A stretch of 64,000 nucleotides of DNA from an uncultured Phycisphaerales bacterium (GCA_963755915.1 CAVWLP010000002.1:4128001-4192000); one strand, 5' to 3'; positions 32,663-44,338 are shown, counted from the first letter of the stretch. The notes: generated by a model not told the origin, from the letters alone. Program-made: numbers and translations.

Positions 32663-35212
32663 CTAGACTTTCGTACCTCTGCGGCGACGTGCCAACGCCG
32701 CGATGCTCGAGCCTAAGACGATTGACATGGTCGCCGGCTCGGGAACCGCCGCGATGACAGGCGCCGGCAACCCGTTGGCCGCCGCAAACGCATCAAGCGC
32801 GGCGATGTCGGCGGGCGTAACCAGGCCGTCCGCGCCGCTGTCTCCCTGACCGAAATTCGCCGCCAGGGCGCTGAAATCCGAGCCATTCACAGACGAGCCG
32901 TACAGGAAGTTCCCTTGGTCCCAGTTGGTGACGCCCAGGCCGAAGTTGGCGGCGAGGATCGAGAAGTCAGTCCCATTGACGGTGCCGTCGAGGTTGGCGT
33001 CGCCAACCAGCGTGTACTTCAGGAGGATTTCTCCGGTCGTCAGCAGGGTGTTGCCGACGTTGTGCACGCCGTCGTCGCCATCCGCCCAGCCAACGCCGTA
33101 GGACAAGCCATTGGTCTTCGTCTGGGCAAAGCTGGAAATGATGCCGTTTGTGCCGTTCCAGCCGCCGTTGTTGTAACCGCTCTTGAGGTAGCCGAGGATC
33201 GTGGAAACCGGATCGGTCCCGCTTCCATAGACGACGTACATATGATTGTTGGTGATGTCCAGAACTCCGCCGCCGCTGATCGCAAGGCTGGAGACCTTTT
33301 CACCTGTCGCATTCTGTGCCAGTTGCAGGAGTCCACCGGAAATATTGACACTGCTGTTGGTCGGCAGCGCGGCGCCCGTGGCGATGACGACCGTGCCGGC
33401 CGTCACATCGGTGCCGCCGCTGTAAGAGTTGCTGCCCCCCAGTACCAGCACGCCGGCGTCAGTCTTTTGCAGCGTATTGGTGCCGCTGATTTGGCCCGTC
33501 AGAGTCAGCGTGTTTCCCGAGCTCACATCCACGGTCGTGATGCCGTTGACCAAACCCTCGGTATCTTCGATGGTGATGTTCTGCGGCAGTGACGTCGTGC
33601 CGATGGCCATGAGAGTGCCGGAATCCAGCGTGATCGTGTTGGACGGACTGCCGTTGCCAAGGCTCGCGCCGGCGCCGACCTCAAGGGTACTCGTCCAGGC
33701 GGCGTCAATCGAGCCGCTGAAGTTGGGGCTGCTGGTTCCGAGGAATTCACCGATATAACCCGTGAGGCTCGAGGTATACGCGGTGTCGCTTCCCAGGTTC
33801 AGGGAGCCAGTGCCGCTTAAAGAGCCATTATACGTGAAGCCGTTGTATTCAGCCGTGGTCAGTGTCGTGCCTGAACCGAGGATAATGGTTCCGGGACCGT
33901 CGATGGAGTTGTTGTCGTAGGTGTTGCCCGTGCCCAGGTTGATCGTATCGGCCGCGGTCGCGAGGTTAATATCGTAAAGGAATGAGCCGCTCGGAATCGC
34001 CCCGGTAATGTCGACCGTCGTATTACCGGACACATCCAGATTCCCCTGCGGATCTGTAATTGTGCCAATGTTTACTATGCCACCGCCGGTGAACGTCATC
34101 CCGCTATATTGGGTGTGGGTGAGGCTGGTGATGTTAAGGACAGAGCCGGCGCTGGCGCTGACGGTCGCGGTGTTCATGCTCAGGCTGGCTATCGTGTTGG
34201 TGCCGGCGAGCGAGTTGACTTCGCCGGTTACGTTGACGGCTGAACCCGCCAGAACATAACCATTGGAACTATTGAAGGTGAGACTATTGACCTGCTCGCC
34301 GCTGGTTAGCGTAACAGTGGGCGTGGACGTGATCGTTCCGCCGTCGGTGTCAAAGGTCGCGTTCGATTGAGAAGTTGCGGGGGGGTTGGAGCCCACCCAG
34401 TCGGAAGGCGTGCTCCAGTTACCGTTGCCGTTAAATCCCCAGGTGGAGTTGCTGTTCGCGATCACCGTCAGGCTGCCATTGATGAAATACGTGTAATCGA
34501 CCCCCTGCACGTTATTAAGGGTCGGACTTGATCCATTATCAAGACCCACGGCCGAAACACCGGCCTGCGGATCGGCATTGCTTCCCTTCGCCAAACCGTA
34601 CCAGGCTTGGCCGCCGCCACTAGTGGTATTGGTTGAATTGTCCGACGTGATGGCGAAAAAGTAATCGGTATCAGCAGTCAGCGCGAGCTGATTCTGCAAC
34701 GTGAACATGTCGTAGTTCGTGGTGTTGCCATTGGCCACGTCGTTGGCGATAGGAGTTCCCACTGCGGTTTCCTGATCCAGGATCGTGACGCCCGCGCCCC
34801 AGCCCGGACTGTTGCCATTGACCGTCCCAATCGTGATGGTCCAGTTGCCTGCGAGGTTGTAGGGGGAGTTGGCGCCGGCACTCCCGGCGCCCTTGATGGT
34901 GATCGAATCGAGCGTGAAATTGGTCGTCGGATAGAAAACCTGGCCGGGGCCTCCGCTGTAGCCGCTGCTGCTGGAGTCGTTGTTGGTGTAGTCCTCCCAG
35001 CCAACGAGATTGGTATTGGAGAAATCCGGCTGAGAGATCGTCGCGCCGGAGACTCCTCCGTTTGAGGTGGTGATCGTCGCGGTGCCGCTGAGCTGAGCGG
35101 CGGCAAAGCTGCATGGAAGCAAAGCACTGCAGACCGCGGCGCCAAGGATCAACCTTCGCTGTTGTCGCAATCGAAGATTGCCGGATTTCCGAGTGCCTCG
35201 ATCGTTCTTCAT
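32663..35212 (-). CDS. PEP-CTERM surface protein with autotransporter-associated beta-strand repeats and dockerin-like module
   Basis: LQKTDAGVLVLGGSNSYSGGTDVTAGTV repeat, GDANLDGTVNGTDF, VPEPAT-TM-RRRR. Confidence 0.9.
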   Translation of the reverse strand: MKNDRGTRKSGNLRLRQQRRLILGAAVCSALLPCSFAAAQLSGTATITTSNGGVSGATISQPDFSNTNLVGWEDYTNNDSSSSGYSGGPGQVFYPTTNFTLDSITIKGAGSAGANSPYNLAGNWTITIGTVNGNSPGWGAGVTILDQETAVGTPIANDVANGNTTNYDMFTLQNQLALTADTDYFFAITSDNSTNTTSGGGQAWYGLAKGSNADPQAGVSAVGLDNGSSPTLNNVQGVDYTYFINGSLTVIANSNSTWGFNGNGNWSTPSDWVGSNPPATSQSNATFDTDGGTITSTPTVTLTSGEQVNSLTFNSSNGYVLAGSAVNVTGEVNSLAGTNTIASLSMNTATVSASAGSVLNITSLTHTQYSGMTFTGGGIVNIGTITDPQGNLDVSGNTTVDITGAIPSGSFLYDINLATAADTINLGTGNTYDNNSIDGPGTIILGSGTTLTTAEYNGFTYNGSLSGTGSLNLGSDTAYTSSLTGYIGEFLGTSSPNFSGSIDAAWTSTLEVGAGASLGNGSPSNTITLDSGTLMAIGTTSLPQNITIEDTEGLVNGITTVDVSSGNTLTLTGQISGTNTLQKTDAGVLVLGGSNSYSGGTDVTAGTVVIATGAALPTNSSVNISGGLLQLAQNATGEKVSSLAISGGGVLDITNNHMYVVYGSGTDPVSTILGYLKSGYNNGGWNGTNGIISSFAQTKTNGLSYGVGWADGDDGVHNVGNTLLTTGEILLKYTLVGDANLDGTVNGTDFSILAANFGLGVTNWDQGNFLYGSSVNGSDFSALAANFGQGDSGADGLVTPADIAALDAFAAANGLPAPVIAAVPEPATMSIVLGSSIAALARRRRGTKV

Positions 35213-35420
35213 CTCCACTTCGCCAATCGTTTTCTGAAATGCAGACATCTTAAAACCCTCCGCAATGAGATTACGCATGATGCGCACAATTGGATGGACG
35301 CCAAAATCCGCGCATCATTTTTTGGTACTCCGCGACTCTACCTCTGACGCACCGGGCGATTTGAATGTCCTTCTACTGAGGTTCGACGACATAAACTATA
35401 ATCGTGTCGTCCGCTGAATG

Positions 35421-35434
35421 CAAGCGCTTTCTGA
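35421..35434. promoter_or_regulatory. Putative LacI-family operator
   Basis: CAAGCGCTTTCTGA, identical to 44339-44352; AAxCGxTT core; upstream of the PEP-CTERM/prepilin/halogenase/GH74 run. Confidence 0.65.
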
Positions 35435-35545
35435 ACGGTAAAAACTATTTTCTGCACCTTAAACCTCTGTGTGTCGCGCCGACGGTCTTCGACGGATGTT
35501 CGCCGAAATCTTCTTCCAGCTCCCACCCGATTGTGGCATCCTGAG

Positions 35546-36589
35546 TTACGTCAAAAGCCTCGGAGCTGAAGTGGACTCGCGAACGATCAACTCCTCGTCT
35601 AATCGTCGGCAACGCACCTCTACCGGGCCGTCGTTGCCCATTTCCCGTAAAAGCATCTCGGCGGCCACCTCGCCCATGGCTGCGGAGGGGAGACCCACCG
35701 CCGTCAGGGAAGGGATCGCCAGCGCCAGCATTGGTTCGTTGTTGAAGCAGACCAGGCTGAAATCACGTGGGACGGCCAGGCCGATGTCGTGGGCGCGGCG
35801 CATCAGCGACAGTGCCCCGTAGTGGGAATACGCCAGCACCGCGGTCGCGCCGCCTTCGATAACCATTCGCTTGAGGAACGGCTCGTAATACTGATCCCAC
35901 TCCACGCCAATCGGCAGTTTGGGGACGTCTTCGCTTGGAATTTCAAATCCCAGTTCCTCGCCCGCCTCTTCATAGGCCTGCCGGCGCGTGGCAACGCTGA
36001 TGTGAGAAGCACCGATGGTTGGATTATCGAGATAGGCGATACGCCTGTGGCCAAGGCCCACCAGATGCTCCAGGGCCTTTCGCGCTCCGCCGGCGTCATC
36101 GGAAATGACCTGCATTCCGCCGGGGCCGGCGATCCCGTCGAGGCTGACGTAGGGGACGCTGAGGTTCTGCAAGGCCGAAAGGTCCTCGGGATTGGTGGGG
36201 CCGACCGCCACCACCCCGTCAACCCGAAGGCCCGGCAGCTCGAAGGGGCGATGCCGCTGGCTCATGAACTGGACACAAATTTCGTAACCGGCCGTATCAA
36301 GGGCGGTGTTGAGCGCGCCAACCGCTTCTTCCAGCGGACCGACATGGTCGGAGGCAAGGCCGGCAAGGCCCAGGACAGCCACCAAATTGGTTTTGCTCAC
36401 GGTAAGGTTTCGGGCGGCAATGCTGGGGCGGTAATTCAGTTCGTTGGCAACCTTGAGGATCTTGCTACGGACAGCATCCGAGACGGAGAAGCGGCCATGC
36501 TTGGAATTGTTAAGCACCCGGCTGACGGTCGATTGGCTGACCGAACAGCGCTTTGCGACTTCCATGAGATTGCTGCCGGCCCTGGCCAT
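35546..36589 (-). CDS. LacI family transcriptional regulator
   Basis: LMEVAKRCSVSQSTVSRVLN HTH, YRPSIAARNL hinge, LGHRRIAY, LIVREST. Confidence 0.95.
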   Translation of the reverse strand: MARAGSNLMEVAKRCSVSQSTVSRVLNNSKHGRFSVSDAVRSKILKVANELNYRPSIAARNLTVSKTNLVAVLGLAGLASDHVGPLEEAVGALNTALDTAGYEICVQFMSQRHRPFELPGLRVDGVVAVGPTNPEDLSALQNLSVPYVSLDGIAGPGGMQVISDDAGGARKALEHLVGLGHRRIAYLDNPTIGASHISVATRRQAYEEAGEELGFEIPSEDVPKLPIGVEWDQYYEPFLKRMVIEGGATAVLAYSHYGALSLMRRAHDIGLAVPRDFSLVCFNNEPMLALAIPSLTAVGLPSAAMGEVAAEMLLREMGNDGPVEVRCRRLDEELIVRESTSAPRLLT

Positions 36590-36612
36590 TGATCGGATTC
36601 GCCTTTCTTCGG

Positions 36613-36626
36613 CAAGCGGTTGCTGA
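36613..36626. promoter_or_regulatory. Putative LacI autoregulatory operator
   Basis: CAAGCGGTTGCTGA, 12/14 match to the shared motif, 24 bp upstream of the LacI start. Confidence 0.5.
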
Positions 36627-36672
36627 ACCCATTATAAGCAAATGGACGCGTTCATTGCAAGATGATTCGGAT

Positions 36673-39600
36673 TCAGAAAAGCCATAATTCACGCATCCCG
36701 GCGCGAGTATTGGCCGGAACGGCGGTGATGACAACCCGCACAGATCTGACCCCACCCGCCGACAATTGTAACCGATGACGGCCTGTCAGGTAGGAATTTT
36801 TGGTTTCGTCGCAAACTTGCTTCCAATCGGTCCCGTTCTTGGAGATTTGGACGGTATATCCGTAACCGGCCTTTTCTTCCCCCCATAATATTTCGATTCC
36901 GGAGAGATCCTGGGGTTTATCGAAATCGAACTGCCACCACTGGGGAAGTGACTGGTCGGCGGCGTTCCACTGCGTATATTCGTTGCCATCCGCGGCCTGG
37001 GAGGGCTTAAAGTTCTGCCACCCGGGGTCGAACGACGAGGCGGTCGCTTTGCCGAGCATTGGGATGTGTGACATCAGCAGTTCCTGAAGCTGGTCGGGGG
37101 CAATGGAGGCGGTAGGGGAGAAATCCGGCGAAGCCACGTATTGCAAAAGTGAGTGAAGCAATTGCCGCGCGGCAGGATCGGATTGCATGGAGAGAAGATC
37201 GGAGGCGCAGACAAGCAGTTTTCCAGGACCGACGCGAAGACCGAAGACCAGGCCAAGCCGATCGACGCGCTCCATGTTGTCGATGACTTCAACCTCCGGG
37301 CGAAAGTCTGGCGGCAGGTCGTTGAGGACGACCGGCTGAGAGTGAAGGGCGATGTCGAACCACTGCCAGTTGGAGTGGAACTCGGTGGGGAAATCTTTCA
37401 AGGCGGGATTGGACGGATCGCAGAGCAGGCCCATGGTGCCGGGCTTGTTGTGAAACATGGGCCAGCACCAGAAGTCGGAGGCGAAACCTCCGCCAACGGA
37501 GTGGACCAGAGGGCGCAAGCCGTCGGCGATGAGCAAGACATTTCCGCCGGCGGCGAGAGATGAGAACGCGGCATGTGTGAGGGACCGCGCGATCATTACA
37601 TTCGCCGGGGGCGTGAGATCGACGGCTGGCGCATAGACCCAGAGGGGATAGCTGGTTTGGATCGCACTGTTTTCGAGGGAGAGGTTCAAGTTAAATTGCG
37701 CGGGGGCGGGGAGAGAGGAAAGGGGAATCGTGAGGGAGCCGACATCGCGAAGTCCGCCTTGCGGGAGATCAATCGGCGGGAGTTTGCCGGAGGAGATCGT
37801 CGCGCCGGATTCGGCGGTGATTTGCCAGTCAAGGACCGCGCTGGTCAAGTCGTGTTCGCCATAATGGGCGAGCTGGATTTCAGCGGAGAAAGATTCATCG
37901 GTCGTCCAGACGTATTTCTTGAACCGGCCAAGAAGGACGATGGGGGAGCAGAATTGCCGCCATCGCTGCGGCGTAACGATTCCCTTTGAATCCATGAAAG
38001 CGTCAAGGATTCCGACAAGGGCCGTGCCCTGGCCGGGGAAATCCTGCAGGTCCAGGAGCTGGAATCCGCCGAAGTTTGGCGTGCGCAGCGCCGATTCGAT
38101 CTCCTCGCGGTAGCAGATTTCGGCTAGCGCGCCCGAGGCACGGAAGAAATCGTCCGCCTGGTCGAACATGGGCGTCGACTTGAGGCGGTCGCGAAAATGC
38201 TCCAGGTTCATGGCCCGGGTGACGCCGGTATATTTGGGGATTTCGCGGAAATCGGGATAGACCGTGTACTGGCCAACCTCATGGCCGACGACGGGGCGGG
38301 CAATGGCCGCGATGGAGGCGGAGTAGTCGGTCATGGTGTTGGGCGGGCCGTACTGGACGTGTCCATCGCGGGCGTCGAGGTCGGCAAAACTGCCGCGCAC
38401 GGGGAGCGACGGGGCCGATTCATTGGCCTTGGCCCGCGCGGAGATAAGGAAATCGTCGCCGGGAGGAAGGATGGGGTCCCAGAGAAATGCGTTGGAGCCT
38501 TGCGCGTAAAGATGGCGGGGGTCTGCGGAGCGCAGTTCGTCGACCAGCGATGCAAGCACCGCGCGGCTGCCGCGATTCTCGTTCCCCATCGTGAACATCA
38601 CGAACGAAGGATGGTTGCCGTAACATTTGAGAATGCGAATGGCCTCAGGCTCAAGGGCCTTTTTGACGCCGTCATCGAAATCGCCCCAGAAGGGAAGCTC
38701 GGGCTGCATATACATTCCGAGCTGGTCCGCGGCGGTGAAGGCCGCATCAGGCGGAACGAACGTGTGGCAGCGGATCTGGTTGATCCCGTAATCCTGGCAG
38801 GTACGGAGATATTTGACCCAGCCGGCGACGTCCATAGGCGGATATCCGGTCAGGGGAAAGACGCAGGCGTTGTGCTTGCCGCGGAGAAAAGTAGTGCGGC
38901 CGTTGATGGTGAACTGTTTTCCGGAGGAGGAGAAATCGCGCAAGCCGAACGTGATCGTGCGGGCACCCGAATAATCCCCGGCGTGGAGATCGGCGGTAAG
39001 CGTGATGAGATTGGGATGGAATTCGTCCCAGGTGACGGCGGTGGCAAGCGGAAGATTAAGCTCGGGGGAACTGGGAGTGGAGGAGAAGGATATGGAAGCG
39101 TCGTAAGGTGTCATGCCGGGAGCGGCGACGTGAATACTGACCGTGCCGGCGGCGGATCGTTCGCCCTCAATTTTCAGTTTGACGAGAACCGAATGTTTGG
39201 CTGCGCTGGGATAGACCTGGAGGTCATCGATCCAGACCGCGTCGGTGGCCTGCAGCTCGATCCGCCCGATGATGCCGTTCCAGTTGGTTTGCGTGTTGTC
39301 CGACCACTGGTGGGCTTCGGATTGCACAGGCAGCCGGGTGTTATCGACGGCAATGGTAAGCTGATGCCGGCCGGGCGTAAGATGCCCAAGCGAAAATTCC
39401 TGCGGTGTGCAGAAGATCGTCCCCTGCCCCATCGATTTTCCGTCGAGCCAGAGCTGAGTGTACTTGGTGCGCTCCAGAAAAAGGTTGATGCGCTTGTTTC
39501 GCCAGGCGTCAGGGATGTCAATGTCGTGCTGATACCAGGCGGTTCCATCGAAGCGGTAAATGCGGGTGAGCTGGCCGTTCCATCCGGGGCCTTGGATTGA

Positions 39601-39805
39601 CCCTTTTTGCTGCGATTCGGTGGTGCCGGGGAGATTGATCGTGTCGTTGAGATTCAGCGTCGGCAGCGCGCCGGTGTGTCGGCGGTGGGGGGGCCGTCTA
39701 ACTGGAATCGCCATGTGCCGGCGAGGGAGATCACGTCTTGGGCGCCGCGCGCATTGCAATGACAAAAATGGTGATGCAAATCAGCGCGGCGCGGAGGCGA
39801 GGCAT
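36673..39805 (-). CDS. GH2 family beta-glycosidase with C-terminal F5/8 (discoidin/CBM32-like) domain; frameshifts near the 5' end
   Basis: DVISLAGTWRFQLD in an alternative frame, FGLRDF, NHPSFVMFTMGNE, VGHEVGQY; ATG overlaps upstream TGA (TGATG). Confidence 0.88.
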
Positions 39806-42800
39806 CAACGTCTGTCTCCATGGCGCGGCTTTTTCTTCAGCACGGGCTGGACAGGGTCGAGGATTTGGGAAGGGGGGCTGGACGGCGTCGATGTGGACGA
39901 CGTGCTCGTCGGAGTAGTTGGGGTTGTCGCGGCAGTTGTCGTCGTCGTTGTCACGACAGGGGCTGTCGGGGCTTCGACGAGTGCAACGGCGGGCAGGGTC
40001 ATGCCCTGACCAAAGTTCGCTGAAAGGGCGGAGAAATCCGACCCGTTGACGGACGAGCCGAAGAGGAAATTCCCCTGGTCCCAGTTGGTATACCCGAGCC
40101 CGAAATTGGCGGAGAGGATGCTGAAGTCCGACCCGTTCACCGTGCCGTCGAGATTCGCGTCGCCCAGGAGCGTGTACCTGATTTCGATTTGGCCGGAAGA
40201 GAGTCCGCTGACGATTCCGTCTATTCCATCCGAAAATCCCAGGCCGTAGTTGAGGCCATTGGTCGGTGTGTGCGCGGAGGTGGAGATGATCCCAGGACCG
40301 TTCCAGTTGCCGTTGTTGTACCCGGATTGGAGGTAGCTGTAGATGACAGACATCGGGTCGGAGCCGCTGCCGTAGGTGATGAACATTTCGTTGTCGCTAA
40401 GATCGAGGGTTCCGCCGGAAATGGAAATCCCGCTGACGAGGAGCTGGGTTTGGGTAGGGGAATTGACCGGAACCGCCGCCAGCCCCGTCGAATTGATGTT
40501 AAGAACGCCCAGCGCGATCGTAGAAGCGCCGGCGAAATTGAGTGTGCCAGTGACAACGTCGAGCGTGGAAGTGCCGGCGCCGGTGAAGCTAAATGGGCTG
40601 GTGATTCCGCCGAGGTAAGTAAGTGTATCGCCGCCGGAGCCCGAATCGGTGACGCTGATAGCGGAGACGCCGGTGAAGCTGGCCTGGAACCCGTTTTCGC
40701 TGGCGGTGATCGTTCCGCCCGAGCCCTCAATGGCGACTGGGCCGGCGCCGTTGAGGGTGATGTCCAGGGTAGAGCCGGACTGACTCGCGAAGGCGGCATC
40801 GACGATGACCTGAACTGAACTCGTTGTGGTCAGCGAAAGAGAATCGGCGATGGTGACGGTGAAGTTGTACGTTCCGGTCTGGGTGAAATCGGCGGTGATA
40901 TTTTGCGCAGCGTTCGTTCCGTTGGTGTTGCCGGTATAGGTGACGCCGGTTGGGCCGGTGTAGGCCCAGGTGTAGGTGAGCCCCGAGCCTGAGCCGTTTT
41001 CGGTGGCGGCGGCGCTCAGGGCGGTGGCAGCGGCCGTATCGAAGGGATCGACGGGGTTTGGATTCGCCGCCGCGGCCTGCGTGACGGTGGGGCCTGTGGA
41101 AACGACAAGGTTGGTGAATGTGGCGCTGGTGAGCTGTGCGTTGTAATCCGCGGTGGCGGCGAGGCCGACATTGGCAGTTGCCGACATGGCAGCGATGGTT
41201 ATCGTTGAACCGATCTGCGTCCACGAGCTTCCGTTGGAACTGTAATAGGCACTGAACCCGCTGCCGAGGCGTGCGAGCTCGACGTATTCGGAACCGACCG
41301 GAATGCCGGTAATCGTCTGTGTCGAGACGGTTCCACCGGCGGTGGTGCGGTATTCAAGCAAAAGGCTGCTTGCCGATGTTTGGACGAGGGCGATAAAGGG
41401 GTCGGTGTCCCCCGTGGCGGCACGGAACATGACGCCGGCCTCGGGCGTGCCGTTGCCGTCATCGGCGTCGGTGAGGCTGAGAAGCTCGACGGAAATCGCG
41501 ACGTTGCCGCTCATCGGTTCATAGGCAAAATTGAATTGGTCGTTGGTGGCGGCGGTGATGGTTCCGGTGGCGGTCAGGGATGTGGCGGTCGCCGAGCCGG
41601 GGACATCCATGTAGGTGAAGGTGGTGGAATTGACGATTCCCGAAACCTGAAAAGTTCCGTCGAAACCCGAGGGGCTGGCGCCGGCGATGGTTACTGTGTC
41701 GCCAACCGCAAGGCCATTGGTTCCGGACGTGACCGCCGTGACATGGAAAACTCCGGTGGACGTCGATCGGGTGTAGACCAGCGACGTGATTGAAAAGGTG
41801 TTTCCGGTGAGTTCCTCGCCGCCGCCGTTGAGAATCCAATCGGTTACGGTCGTGCCGTTGGAAAGCGTCGTGGAGCTGGTTGCCCAGCCGGGGTTGCCGG
41901 GCGTATTGATGTCTGTATCGGCCCAATTCGTGGGCAGGCTGGTGGCGGGATTGCCCATGATGATGCCACGGCCATTGATGCCGAGGTAGACGCGGCCGAA
42001 GACATTCGGATCGGCGGCCATGGTTTCAATCAAACCGCCCCATTGCTCGCTGGTGGTGTTGAGCTGGAGCCAGGTGTTTCCGCCGTCATCGGAGCGATAG
42101 ATGCCGAGAAAACCGCTGATGGTGCCGAAGACGTAAATGGCCGGAATGGTCTGCCCGGGAGCGGGTGCGCCCAAGGCGATGACGCTGTTGGTGGAGGTTA
42201 GAGCGGAACTTACTTTCGTGACGGTTGCGCCGAAATTTGACGAGTGATAGAGTCCCCCGGAGACGGCGATCCAGAGATCGCCGGTTACAAAGGGATTAAC
42301 GACCATATCGCCGCCGCGCGGCGCGGCTGATGTCTCAAGGGTGAAGGAGACGCCGCCGTTGCTGCTGAAATAGATGTCCGTGCCGACATGATAATAGAAA
42401 TCGCTGGCGTTGAGACCGTCGGCAATGATTTGGCCATTGTCGGCCATTCCGCCGGTGGAGGCGGCCCAGGTGGTGCCGTCGTTGGTGGTGTAATAAGGAA
42501 CGAGTCCCGACTGCGCCCAGACGATGGTTGCGCCGTTGGCGGAGACGGCGACCGTGTCGGTGCCGTAGCTGTCGCCCGTGCCCGGGGCGGTGGGAAAGTC
42601 TTCGAACGTCGAGCCGTCGTTGGTGGAATAGACGCCGTAGTAGGTTCCGCTGCTGGAATCCGGACTTCCGACGATGGCGATCACGTTGTCCCCCACGGCG
42701 ACATTATTGGCGCTGCCGTAGGGAGCCGCGGCGCCTTGGGCAGGAGAGGAGGTGAGCGTGGTGTGCGCGAATCCGAAAATGTCCCCCATCGCGCTGAAGA

Positions 42801-44217
42801 GAGCAACGCCCTGACCGGCAGTGGCGACGCCACCGACCGCGGTGAATTCAATTCCGTCGTTGGGGAAGTACCAGCTATTGGCGGCAGTCAGTTGAGTGTT
42901 GGCGCCGTTGTTGCTCGCGTTATTGGTGGCAAAGATACCCTCCCCGGTGCCGTACATGAGCTGATTGGAATTGAAAGGGTCGATGGCAACCGTGGCGGCC
43001 CAGTTGTTGATGCCGTCCCCAGAGAGTTCCGCGTAGGGAGAAGTCGATGTATTTCGGGTGGTGTTGTATCCTCCAAAACCGTTATTGTCCTGCACGTTGT
43101 TGGAGTCGTCGAAGAGCGTGGTCCAGGTGGGGGTGGCGGCGTTGGCGTTGACCGTGCGCCAGATTTCATCGGGGCCGCTGTAATAATCGATCGACGTGAC
43201 GACGACGGTGTTGGGATTTTCGGGATCGGCGGCGACGGCATCGTAGCCGAATTTTCCACTGGTGGCTACGGGCGAGATATTGGCCCAGGTGCCCGTGCTC
43301 AGCTGATATCTATAGACGCCTCCATTGGTGATGCTTCCATTCGGGGCCTCGGCGTTGGCATAGCCGAGATAAAGATACCCGTTGGAAAGGACGGCGTGGC
43401 CGGGGAGATAGCCGGTGGGCAAAGAGCCGGCGCCGGTGATCTCAGTCCAGGAGGTTCCCCCGGTGGTTGTTTCGTAGAGGTTGGTGCCGCTGGAAGTCGA
43501 GTCGACGCCCACGAAAAACGTCTGGCTGGGACTTCCCGCTGTTCCCGCGGGATCAAAAAGGACAAAGGTTGTGCTGTCATTTGAGCCGGTAAAGGTGCTG
43601 GTGGCGATCTGCGTGAAGGAATGTCCGGCGTTGGTGCTTTCCCACAATCCGTTGGCGTTGGTTCCGAGAAATAAGATATTGCTGTCGTTGGGATCGACGG
43701 CGATTTGCTCGCCGTCGCCGCGCCCGTTCGAATTGCCTCCAACGTAAAAGCTGAGATTGTCGATGCTCCAGGTTTGGCCCGCGTTGGTGGAATAGAAGAC
43801 CGCGCCGTCGGTTCCGGAATATTCGCCCACGTCGGCGTAAATGTTGTTGGAATTTTCGGGGTCGATGGCGAAGGAGAGGACGCCGATTTCCTGGGATTGT
43901 GTCCCATTTTGCGAGCCGCTGGTGTTGTTGCCAACGAAATCAAGGAGCTGGCTCCAATTGGTCCCGTCGTTGGTAGATTTGTAGAGGCCGCCGATGTCGG
44001 TGCGGGCATAGATGGTGTTGGCGTTTTTGGGATCGTAGAAGATTCCATCCACGAAACCGCCCGCGCCAATGTTGACGTTCTGAAACGTGTAGGGGACGGT
44101 GGTCAGCAATAGACGGTCTTCAAGCACCTCGATAAGGCGTGATCGCCGAACCGCCTGCTGGAGCCTGGATTTGGATACAGAATTACCACCCTGGGAGAAC
44201 CTCCGCCTGGCACGCAT
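39805..44217 (-). CDS. Multidomain GH74-like hydrolase with planctomycete LEDRLLL leader, beta-sandwich/PKD domains and dockerin-like module
   Basis: IEVLEDRLLLT; YARTDIGGLY and SAMGDIFGF; GRVYLGINGRGI; GDANLDGTVNGSDF; Thr-rich tail. Confidence 0.88.
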   Translation of the reverse strand: MRARRRFSQGGNSVSKSRLQQAVRRSRLIEVLEDRLLLTTVPYTFQNVNIGAGGFVDGIFYDPKNANTIYARTDIGGLYKSTNDGTNWSQLLDFVGNNTSGSQNGTQSQEIGVLSFAIDPENSNNIYADVGEYSGTDGAVFYSTNAGQTWSIDNLSFYVGGNSNGRGDGEQIAVDPNDSNILFLGTNANGLWESTNAGHSFTQIATSTFTGSNDSTTFVLFDPAGTAGSPSQTFFVGVDSTSSGTNLYETTTGGTSWTEITGAGSLPTGYLPGHAVLSNGYLYLGYANAEAPNGSITNGGVYRYQLSTGTWANISPVATSGKFGYDAVAADPENPNTVVVTSIDYYSGPDEIWRTVNANAATPTWTTLFDDSNNVQDNNGFGGYNTTRNTSTSPYAELSGDGINNWAATVAIDPFNSNQLMYGTGEGIFATNNASNNGANTQLTAANSWYFPNDGIEFTAVGGVATAGQGVALFSAMGDIFGFAHTTLTSSPAQGAAAPYGSANNVAVGDNVIAIVGSPDSSSGTYYGVYSTNDGSTFEDFPTAPGTGDSYGTDTVAVSANGATIVWAQSGLVPYYTTNDGTTWAASTGGMADNGQIIADGLNASDFYYHVGTDIYFSSNGGVSFTLETSAAPRGGDMVVNPFVTGDLWIAVSGGLYHSSNFGATVTKVSSALTSTNSVIALGAPAPGQTIPAIYVFGTISGFLGIYRSDDGGNTWLQLNTTSEQWGGLIETMAADPNVFGRVYLGINGRGIIMGNPATSLPTNWADTDINTPGNPGWATSSTTLSNGTTVTDWILNGGGEELTGNTFSITSLVYTRSTSTGVFHVTAVTSGTNGLAVGDTVTIAGASPSGFDGTFQVSGIVNSTTFTYMDVPGSATATSLTATGTITAATNDQFNFAYEPMSGNVAISVELLSLTDADDGNGTPEAGVMFRAATGDTDPFIALVQTSASSLLLEYRTTAGGTVSTQTITGIPVGSEYVELARLGSGFSAYYSSNGSSWTQIGSTITIAAMSATANVGLAATADYNAQLTSATFTNLVVSTGPTVTQAAAANPNPVDPFDTAAATALSAAATENGSGSGLTYTWAYTGPTGVTYTGNTNGTNAAQNITADFTQTGTYNFTVTIADSLSLTTTSSVQVIVDAAFASQSGSTLDITLNGAGPVAIEGSGGTITASENGFQASFTGVSAISVTDSGSGGDTLTYLGGITSPFSFTGAGTSTLDVVTGTLNFAGASTIALGVLNINSTGLAAVPVNSPTQTQLLVSGISISGGTLDLSDNEMFITYGSGSDPMSVIYSYLQSGYNNGNWNGPGIISTSAHTPTNGLNYGLGFSDGIDGIVSGLSSGQIEIRYTLLGDANLDGTVNGSDFSILSANFGLGYTNWDQGNFLFGSSVNGSDFSALSANFGQGMTLPAVALVEAPTAPVVTTTTTTAATTPTTPTSTSSTSTPSSPPSQILDPVQPVLKKKPRHGDRR

Positions 44218-44338
44218 TGACGCCTCCGTTACACACCCCGCGTTTGAGACCCTCGGAACGTACCACTTCCAGCCACAAAAACGCGCCAGCATTTCTAGCA
44301 CGGCGCGGCCATCACAATACCATGCTTTTGCGTTGCAT

